Assembly: GCF_009914755.1 (NCBI RefSeq)
Contig: NC_060936.1
Length of the DNA: 64,000 nt
Strand: one strand, 5' to 3'
Source: the human T2T-CHM13v2.0 reference genome, Homo sapiens
This document shows positions 54,539 through 64,000 of this stretch, piece by piece (the first letter of the stretch is position 1; each line of letters opens with the position of its first letter). Below the pieces are notes generated by a model, which was not told the DNA's origin, did not search any database, and saw only the letters and a program-made list of their open reading frames with translations. A program made the position numbers and the translations under genes.

Positions 54539-56819
54539 TGTATTAGTCTGTTTTCATGCTGCTGATAAAGACATACCCAAGACTGGGCAATTTACAAAAG
54601 AAGGAGGTTTAATTGGACTTACAGTTCCATGTGGCTGGGGAAGCCTCACAATCATGGTGGAAGGCAAGGAGGAGCAAGTCACGTCTTACATGGATGGCAT
54701 CAGGCAAAGAGAGAGCCTGTGCAGAACCACCCCCCCTTATAATAACCATCAGATCTCATGAGACTTACTATCACAAGAACAGCACAGAAAGGTCCACCCC
54801 CATGATTCAATTACCTTCCACTGGGTTGCTCCCACAACACATGAGAATTTAAGATGAGGTATGGATGAGGACACAGCCAAACCATATCATTCCACCCCTA
54901 GCCCCTCCCAAATCTCATGTCCTCACATTTCAAAACCAATCACGCCTTCCCATCAGTCACCCAAAGTCTTAACTTATTTCAGCATTAACTCAAAATTCCA
55001 CAGTCCCAATCTCATCTGAGACAAGGCTAGTCCCTTCTGCCTATGAGCCTGTAAAATCAAAAGCAAAAATTAGTTACTTCCTAGATACAATGGGGGTACA
55101 GGCATTGGGTAAATACAGCCATTCCAAATGGGAGAAATTGGACAAAACAAAGGAGCTACAGGCCCCATGCAAGTCTGAATTCCAGCAGGTCAGTCAAATC
55201 TTAAAGCTTCAAAATAATCTCCTTGGACTCCTTGTCTGACATGCAGGTCATTCTGATGCAAAAGGTGGGTTCCCATGGTCTTGGGCAGCTCTGCCCCTGT
55301 GGCTTTGCAGGGTACAGCCTCTTTCTCAGCTGCTTTCACAGGCTGGTTTTTGTGTCTGTGGCTTTTCCAGGAACAGGGTGCAAGCTGTTGGTGGATCTAT
55401 CATTCTGGGGTCTGGAGACCAGTGGCCCTCTTCTCATATCTCCACTAGGCAATACCCCAGTAGGGACTCTGTATGGGGGCTTTCACCCCACACTTCTCTT
55501 CTGCATGCCCTAGCAGAGGTTTTCCATTAGTGCCCCAACACTGGAGCAAACTTCTGTCTGGGCATCCAGTCATTTCCATACATCTGAAATCTTGGCAGAG
55601 GCTCCCAAACCACAGTTCTAGACTTCTGTGCACTCGTAGGCTCAACAACACATGGAGGCTGCCAAGGCTTGAAGCTTGCACTCTCTCAAGCTACAGACCA
55701 AAATCTACATTGGCCTCTTTCAACCAGGGCTGTGGTGGCTGGAATGCAGGTTCCAAGTCCCTAGACTGTACATAGCACAGGGACCTTGCACCCAGCCCAG
55801 GAAACCACTTTTTTCTTCTAGGCCTCTGGGTCTGTGATGAGGGGGGCTGCAATGAAGACCTCTGACATGCCCTGGAGACATTTTCCCCATTGTCTTGGGG
55901 ATTAACATTTGGCTCCTCATTACTTATGCAAATTTAGGCAGCTGGCTTGAATTTCTCCTCAGAAAAATTGGATTTTCTTTTCTGTCATATTGTCAGGCTG
56001 TAAATTTTCCAAACGTTTATGCTCTGTTTCCCTTTTAAAACGGAATGCCTTTAACAGTGCCCAAGTTACCTCTTGAATGCTTTGCTGCTTAGAAATTTCT
56101 TCTTCCAGACACCCTAAATTATCTCTCTCAAGTTCAAAATTCCACAAATCTCTAGGGCAGGGACAAAATGCCGCCAGTCTCTTCATTGAAACATGACAAG
56201 AGTCACCTTACTCCAGTTCCCAACAAGTTCCTCATTTCCATCTGAGACCACTTCTGATTGGATTTCATTGTCCATATCATTATCAGAATTTTGGTCAAAG
56301 CCATTCAGCAAATCTCTAGGGAGTTCCAGACTCTCCCACATTTGAGGGGTTCCTCTGAGCCTTCAAAATTGTTCCAACCTTTGCCTGTTACCCAGTTACA
56401 AAGTAGCTTCCACATTTTCAGGTATCTTTTCAGCAGCCTTCCACTCCACTGGTAACAAGTAACTGTATTAATCTGTTTTCATAATGCTGATAAAGACATA
56501 CCCAAAACTGGGCACTTTACAAAAGAATGAGTTTTAATTGTTCTTACAGTTCCACATGGATGGGGAAGCATCACAATCATGGCAGAAGGCAACGAGGAGC
56601 AAGTCACATCTTACATGGATGGCAGCAGGCAATAAGACAGCTTGTGCAGGAAAACTCCCCCTTGTAATAACCATCAGATCTCATGAGATTTACTCACTAT
56701 CATGAGAACCACATGGAAAAGACCCATCCACATGTTTCAATTACCTTCCACTTGGTCCCTCCCACAACAAGTGGGAATTCAAGATGAGATTTGGATAGGG
56801 ACACAGCCAAACCATATCA
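54539..56819 (-). mobile_element. Complete THE1A-type MaLR provirus: 3' LTR 54539-54889, internal 54890-56463, 5' LTR 56464-56819
   Basis: Two direct-repeat LTRs (TGTATTA...CCAAACCATATCA); about 1.57-kb internal region; minus-strand polypurine tract at 54890-54905; flanks ACAAC and ATGAC. Confidence 0.95.
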
Positions 56820-58224
56820 ATGACTCTTGCAGTTTTCATAAATCATCTATATAAACAGTTAAATAATTAGGTAAATGTAATGGGATTAATACATGTTAAT
56901 AATAATAAATTCTAAATCAGAATTTAGAATCTATTGTTATATTAAATAATAAATATTTCATTATTAGTTTTTTTCCAATAAGAAGGTATTTGTAGGAAAA
57001 CGTCTTTTCTATTAAAACCCCTGTGTCCTTTTTAAAAAGGTGAATAATTTGTCTAATTTAAAGCTTATCTAAAGGTTATGTATAAAACAAGGTAAAAGGA
57101 ACCAGGAAATAAGAGAGATGTAAAGAAAGTTATAAAAATAAAGAGGTTTCTTTATTTGGTAAGAAAGCTTAAAGATAACTAATTTTATATGAGAAATAAT
57201 CTTGTATGGTAGATTTAGTCCCAGAATAAAATGACTGATTGTTTAAGAAAGACGGATGTTCAGGATGAACCAGAGAGTCCAAGCATGTCATAAATGGTCT
57301 AAGTCACAATAAAAGGATTTATTAAAAAAAAACTTTTATATGATCAAGTTGTCTATTAAAGAGAAATTATAATGGTCTTTCTAGAGATTGGGCTTGATGT
57401 AAAAAAATGAAAACACTTATACATTAAATATTTGGTTAAAATGATGAAATTTTTAAGGGATTGATTTATTATTAATAAATTATAAAATTTTAATTTTTTA
57501 AACCAAAAATTCAACTTTTATTGCATCTGGCCATTTTCAATTTTCCCTCTCCTATTAAAAGGGTGTGAAATAGTAATGCTCTCCTTCAACTCATTTTCAG
57601 GTCAAATAAGTTTTTCTTCCTCGAGTTTCTTTGTTGTGGCTTGATGCTAACAATGTTTTTTTAAATGTTTAAAGGAAACATTTTATTCAAACATAATATT
57701 CTGTGCAGTGCAAAGCATCTTTACTTTTGCCTTTTAGTAACTGGCCTAACGATTTTATATTTTATTGAAGCAATTCCTATGCCATTATCAGTAAGTTTTG
57801 GTTTGCTTAGGAAAAATACTGTGATTTAAAAAAAATTAAATTAAGGTTATTACATCCACTTATCTTTCTGCATGTGCTCTTAAAGTAATTGTGACATTGA
57901 GTTACAGGGCTCTGACTCTTGGGTTTAAGAAGGACACCAAGTCCTGCTAAATCTTAAACACTGACAGCAATTAAAGCCTCATCTTCAGGCCTGGTAGAAG
58001 ATGTCAATCAAACTAAACTGCATTCTTGGGACATACACAGGACCAGAAATTAAAACTATACAACTCCTCAAGGCCCAGGTACTAACGTGGGAGAGGTGTG
58101 CATATGAGATTGTAAGGGCCAATTCTGAGAGATAAAGTTTCAGTTTCTCTATAAATTAATCATTAATGTCAAAGGCACACTAATGCAAGAACAGCATATG
58201 CCACATCATTATTAGAGGGAAGCT

Positions 58225-58365
58225 TCAGGTCAATAGTCAAAAGAGCCAGAATGGTAGCACAGAAAGAAGAGAATTCAGCTTTGAGCTACTAATTTAGTAT
58301 GCCCCAATAGCATCATGTCTTTGGATATCTTGTAATATGGGGTAACAAATACCCTCTTTTACTTA
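58225..58365 (+). mobile_element. Old MaLR LTR 3' fragment (MLT1K/L-like)
   Basis: GAATGGTAGCACAGAAAGA...TCTTTGGATATCTTGTAATATGGGGTAACAAATACCCT; weak similarity. Confidence 0.35.
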
Positions 58366-58639
58366 TAATATTTTATCTTACACATTGAATCAATTACAGT
58401 TAAAGCATAAAGCATTCTAATATATTTATCTATACATATAGGTTTCCCAAATGATATATAGATATTTTTAATAAAGGCAGATAATTTTAATATGAATATG
58501 AACATGTAAAATAGTTGATAAAATTCTCAAAATTAAGGTTAATTAGGTAGCAATGAATACCAATACACAATTTTTAAAAAGTTTGTAAGAAGCTAACACA
58601 ACATTTTTCTTTTAAGCTTTCATTTTAAATACAGGGAAT

Positions 58640-58869
58640 ATATATAATACATGTATACCTGTGTATATATGTATGTATACACAGGTATACATGTATATAT
58701 GTGTATACATACACACATGTATATGTATACATGTGTATATATACATATATGTGTATATATGTATACATGTGTATATACATGTGTGTATATATGTATACAT
58801 GTGTATATATGTATACATACATATACATATATACATACACATATGTATATATATGTGTGTATATATATA
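58640..58869. repeat. About 230-bp alternating purine-pyrimidine (TA/TG/CA) tract inside the L1 3' UTR
   Basis: TATACATGTG-type units; source of the spurious Y/I/H/C/M-rich ORFs. Confidence 0.95.
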
Positions 58870-60275
58870 GACTGACAGCTTTTCCACCTCCCTTGCCACT
58901 CTAGTAGTCCACATTGTCTATTATCATCATCTTAATGTTCATGTGTACTCAATGTTGAGTTCCCACTTATAAGTGAGAACATGTAGTATTGGGTTTTCTG
59001 TTTCTGTATTAATTCACTTAGGATTATGGCCTCCAGCTGCATCTATGTTGCTGCAAAGGACATAATTTCAACATTTTTTATAGCTTCATAGTATTCCATG
59101 TTATGTATGTACTGCATTTTCTTTATTCAACCCAGCATTGATGAGCACCTAGGTTGATTCCATGTCTTTGCTATTGTGAATATCACTAAAATGAACATAC
59201 AAGTGCATGTGTCTTTTTGGTATAACAATTTATTTCCTTTGGGTACATACCCAGTAATATGATTTGCTGGGTTGAACTGCAGCTCTGTTTTAAGTTCTTT
59301 GAGAAATCTCCAAACTAGTTTTCACAGTGGGTGAAATGATTTACATTTCCACCAACCCAACAATGTATAAGCATTCCCTTTTCTCTGCAGCATCACCAGC
59401 ATCTGTTATTATTTAATTTTTTTTATAACAAACACTCTGACTGGCATGAGATGGAATCTCATTTGGTTTTGATTTGCATTTCTCTTATAATTAGTGATAA
59501 TGAGAATATTTTTATATCTTTGTTAGCTGATTGTATGTCTTCTTTTGAGAAGTGTCTGTTCATGCCCTTTGCCCACTTTTTAATGGGGTAAAGTTTTCTT
59601 TTCAAATGTTCAAGTTTCTCATAGATGCTGGATATTAGAACTTTTTTGGATACATAGTTTACAAGTATTTTCTCCCATTGGGTAGATTGTCTGTTTATTC
59701 TGTTGATAGTTTCTAGTTTAATGAAGTCCTACTTATCAATTTTTCTTTCTGCTGCAATTGCTTTTGGAGTCCTGGACAAAAATTCACTGCCAAAGCCAAT
59801 ATCAAGAAGTGTCCTTTTGTAAATTTTCTTTCAGGATGTTTATACTGTAAGGTTTTACATTAAATCTTTAATGCATCTTGAGCTAATTTTTGTATATGAT
59901 GAAACATTGGAGTCTAGTTTCATTCTTTTGCATATTCCAGTTTTCCTAGCAGCAATTATTGAATAAATCGTCCTTTCTCCACTGCTTGTTTTTGTCAGCT
60001 TTGTCAAAGATCAGATGGGTATACGTGTGTGGCTTTATTTCTGGGTTATCTCTTCTGTACCACTGGTCTATGTTTCTGTTTTTGTACCTGTTCCATGCTA
60101 CCATGCTGTTTTGTTTACTGCAGACCTGCAATATAGTTTGAAGTCAGGTAAACATGGCTCTTTTGGTTTTGCTTCCTTTGCTTAGGATTGCTTTGGCTAC
60201 TCAGGATCTTTTTTGATTCTATATGAATTTAAAAATAGTTTTTCTAGTTCTGTGAAAAAATAATATTGGTAGTTG

Positions 60276-60580
60276 GATAGGAAAACATTGAATCAGCAAA
60301 TTACTTTCTGCAGCATAGCCATTTTAATGATATTGGTTGATCTAATTTATGAACTTGGAATGTTTTTCCATTTATTTGTAACACTTCTACTTTATTTCAG
60401 CAGTGTTTTATGGTTATCATGATAGAATGATAGGAAAACATTGGATCAGCAAATTACTTTGTGCAGTATAGCCATTTTAATGATATTGGTTGATCCAATC
60501 TATGGGCTTGGAATGTTTTTCCATTTATTTGTATCACTTCCACTTTATTTCAGCAGTGTTTTATGGTTTCATGGCAGAGA
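60276..60580. repeat. 153-bp tandem duplication inside L1 ORF2
   Basis: GATAGGAAAACATTG...CAGCAGTGTTTTATGG starts at 60276 and again at 60429. Confidence 0.95.
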
Positions 60581-62057
60581 TCTTTCACTTCCTTAGCTGT
60601 ATTCCTAGATATTCCTCTTTTTTTGTGACTAATGTAAATGATAGTGTGCTCTTAATTTGACTCTTAGCTTGGACATCATTGATGTACAGAAATGCTTTTG
60701 ATTTTTTTTACATTGATTTTGAATCCTGAAAATTTACTAAAGTCATTTATCAGTTCTAGGAGCCATTTGGTAGAATCTTTAGGGTTTTCTAGGTATAGAA
60801 TGATATCATCAGTGAAGAGACATAATTTGACATCTCCTATTTGGATGCTTTATATTTTTTTCTCTTGCATTATTGCTCCAGCTAGGACTTTCAGTACTAT
60901 GTTAAATAGGAGTGGTGAATGGGCATTCTTGTCTTGTTCCAGTTCTTAAGCAGCATGTTTGCTGTTTTTGCGGTATCAGTGTGATATTGGGTGTATATTT
61001 CTCTTACATGGATTTTATTATTTTCAGTACGTTGCTTCAACGCCTTCTCTGTTGAGGGTTTTTATCATAAAGGGATGTTGGATCTTACCCAAAGCTTTTT
61101 CTGTGTTTATTGATATAATTTTGTACTTTGCTTTTAATTCTGTTTATGTGGTGAATCACATTGATTGATTTGCATATGTTGAACAAAGTTTGCCTCCAAA
61201 GAATAAAGCCTATGAGATCGTGGTGTATTAATTTTTTGATGTGCTGCTGGTTTCAGTTTGCTAGCATTTTCTTGAGGATTATTCTGTCTTGCTCATCAAG
61301 GATATTGACCTCCAGTGCCTGTTTTGTTGATGTGTCTCTGCCAGATTTTGGTATTATGCTGATGGTGGCTTTGTAGAATGAGTTTGGGAGGATTTCCTCC
61401 CCCTCAAGTTTTTGGAATAGTTTCAGTAAAATTGGTATCAATTCTTTTTTGTATGTCTAGTAGAATTCTACTGTGAATCCATCTGATCCAGGACATTTTT
61501 TTGGTTGGTAGGCTTTTTATTACTGATTCAATTTCAGACCCTGTTGTTTGTTTGTTCCAGTTTTCATTTTCTTCCTGGTTCATTCTTGGGAGCTGTGTAT
61601 TTCCCGAAATTATCCATTTCCTCCAGTTTTTCTAATTTGTGTGCATAAAGTTGTTCATAATAGTCTCTGAGGAACTTGTCTATTTTTGTGGGCTTAGTTG
61701 TAATGTCATCTTTGTCATTTCTGATTGTATTTTTTGGATCTTCTCTTTTTTGTTTTTAATCTAACTAGTGGTTTATTAACCTTATTATCTGAAATAACTA
61801 ATTATTGGTTGATTGATCTTTTGTATAGATATTTTACACCTTAATTTCATTCATTTTTTTCTAATATTAGTTATTTCTTTTATTTCTGCTAGCTTTACAA
61901 CTATTTTGCTCTTCTCTTTTTTCATTTTCTCTAAGTGCAACATTATATTGCTAATTGAAATCATTCTAACTTCTTTATGAAGGAGTTTAGCACTATAAAC
62001 TACTTTTGCTGCATCTCAAAAGTTTTGGTAGGTTATGTCTCTATTTTCATTAATTTC

Positions 62058-62353
62058 TTTTTTTTTTTTTTTGAGACAGAGTCTCACTCTGTCATCCAGA
62101 CTGCAATGCACTGTTGTGATCTCGCTTACTGCAACCTCCACCTCCTAAGCTCAAGTGATTCTCGTGCCTCAGTTTCCTGAGTAGTTGGGACTATAGGCAC
62201 AGGTTACTATGCCCAGCTAATTTTTGTATTTTTACTAGATATGAGGTTTTGTCATATTGGCCAGGCTGCTCTCAATCTCCTGAACTCAAGTGATCAGTCT
62301 GTTGCATGCTCCTAAAGTGCTGGGATTAAAGGCATGAGCCACCATGCCCAGCT
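62058..62353 (-). mobile_element. Old Alu (AluJb/Sz-like) nested in L1
   Basis: T15-GAGACAGAGTCTCAC...CTCAAGTGATC...GAGCCACCATGCCCAGCT, heavily diverged. Confidence 0.92.
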
Positions 62354-62757
62354 CAAATAATTTTTTGATGTCTGCCTTAATTTTGTTGTTTACCCAGGAA
62401 TTATTCAGGAGCAAGCTCTGTAGTTTCATATATCTGTGTAGTTTTGAGAGATCTTCTTGATGTTGATTTCTATTTTTAATGCACTGTTGTCCAAGAGTGT
62501 GGTGGGTAGTATTTCTACTTTTTTTTGAATTTATTGAGACTTACCTTATTATTGAGCCTATAATGCATCTTAGATTATGTTCCACGTGCAGATGAGAAGA
62601 TTGTATATTCTGTAGATGTCTGTAGATTGAATATGCTGTAGATGTCTATTAAACCCAATTTGTCAAGTGTCAAGTTTATGTGCAAAATTTCTTTGTTAGT
62701 TTTCTACGTCAGTGGTCTATCTAATGCTTTCAGTGGGGGGGTTAAAATCTCCTGCTA

Positions 62758-62925
<168 letters not shown>

Positions 62926-63567
62926 CTATTATTGTGTGGCTAAGTGTGTTTTGAAGGTCAACAAGGACTTGTTTATAAATATGGGTGCTCCAATGATGGG
63001 TGTGTATATATTCAGGATAGCTAAATTTTCTTGTTGAATTGAACCCTTTATTATAATGTAGTGCCCATCTTTGTAGTTCTTGATTTTCGTTGGTTTAAAG
63101 TCTTTTATCTGATATAAGAAAAACAGTTACTGATTCCTTTTATTTTTCTGCTTATGTGTTAGACCTTTCTCCATCCCTTTACTCTGAGCCTGTGGGTGTC
63201 ATTACATATGAGATGGGTTTCTTGAAGACAGTAGACAGTTTGATTTTTTTTTTCCAACTTGCCACTCTGTGCCTTTTAATGATGTGTTTAGAATATTTAT
63301 ATTCAGTGTTAGTATTGATATATGAAAATTTGATGCTGTCATTGTGTTGTTAGCTGGTTGTTTTGTATACTTGATCATGCAGTTTCTTTATAGGGTTGGT
63401 GGGGTATCTGCTTTATTTCATTTCTCTGGTAGCAGGTGTCATTCATTCTTTTCCATGTTTACTACTCCCTTAAGAACCTCTTGTAAAGCTTGTCTAGTTG
63501 TAACAAATACCATCAGCATTTGCTTATCTGAACAGGATTTTATTTCTCCTTCACTTATGAAGCTTAG

Positions 63568-63943
63568 TGATATGGTTTGTCCCCACCCAAATCTCATCTC
63601 AAATTGTAGTTCCCACAATCCCCATGTGTTGTGTAAGGGACCCAGTGGGAGGTTACTGAATCATGGAGGTGGTTACCCCCACACTGCTGTTCTCATGATA
63701 CTGTGTTCCTATGAGATCTGATGGTTTTATAAGGGTTATAAGGGGCTTTTATCTCTTTGCCGGGCACTTCTCTTCCTGCCACCATGTCAAGAATGATGTG
63801 TTTGCTTCCCCTGCTGCCATGATTGTAAGTTTCCTGAGGCCTTCCCAGCCATGCTGAACTATAGGTCAATTAAACCTCTTTTCTTTATAAATTACTCAGT
63901 CTCAGATATGCCCTTATTAGCAGTGTGAGAATGGGCTAATACA
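63568..63943 (+). mobile_element. Solo THE1C-type LTR nested in L1
   Basis: TGATATGGTTTG...GCTAATACA with perfect TSD CTTAG (63563-63567, 63944-63948). Confidence 0.93.
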
Positions 63944-64000
63944 CTTAGTTTGAAAGGAAGTGAAATTGTTGATTGGAATTTCTTTTAATTATGCTGAAAA

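Larger units (their letters stand above)
52352..58202 (+). mobile_element. ERV1 non-autonomous internal sequence (MER4-group int), no LTR seen at either end, interrupted by THE1A
   Basis: GTACCAGAGATTACCTTGTACTGTGAGAGGATTTGACCTTGG, GGGCTGATCACCCAGCG and GGACACCAAGTCCTGCTAAATC resemble MER4-group internal sequences; sequence is continuous across the THE1A insertion. Confidence 0.65.

Noticed and set aside
55223-56455. ORFs in the THE1A internal region
   Set aside because: Fragments of the decayed MaLR internal sequence; no long intact frame.
58612-58914. Five overlapping Y/I/H/C/M-rich ORFs (similar ones at 41585-41986 and 50486-50891)
   Set aside because: Artefacts of alternating purine-pyrimidine repeats that lack stop codons.

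Overview
AT-rich, CpG-poor, repeat-dominated primate genomic DNA, most likely human or another ape (HERV-H/LTR7, L1PA4, AluS, THE1, MADE1 and HSMAR2 are all present). I see no host protein-coding exon, tRNA or rRNA; every ORF in the track that I can recognise is transposon-derived. Main landmarks: the 3' end of a HERV-H provirus with its 3' LTR7 (1-1624); a full-length old L1MA2-type element on the minus strand (about 10.9-18.8 kb); a full-length L1PA4-type element with a perfect 14-bp TSD (27262-33384); HSMAR2, MER3, MADE1 and Tigger-type DNA transposon relics; an LTR-less ERV1 (MER4-group) internal block containing a complete THE1A provirus (52.35-58.2 kb); and a long L1PA14-17-type element carrying nested Alus and a THE1C LTR (58.6 kb to the window end). 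I cannot demonstrate a new biological system from sequence alone. The best leads are: (1) a pluripotency-type LTR7 whose poly(A) signal is mutated, with a strong splice acceptor 1 kb downstream; (2) an L1 ORF0 that stays open for 170 codons and runs out of the element into flanking DNA; (3) a 395-aa truncated L1 ORF2 that keeps all endonuclease catalytic residues; (4) a THE1A whose 3' LTR alone keeps the DUX4 motif; (5) a dense E-box/TALE motif cluster in unique sequence; (6) several independent fold-back or template-switch scars. Subfamily names come from recalled consensus sequences and need Dfam/RepeatMasker confirmation. Boundaries of old elements are approximate.
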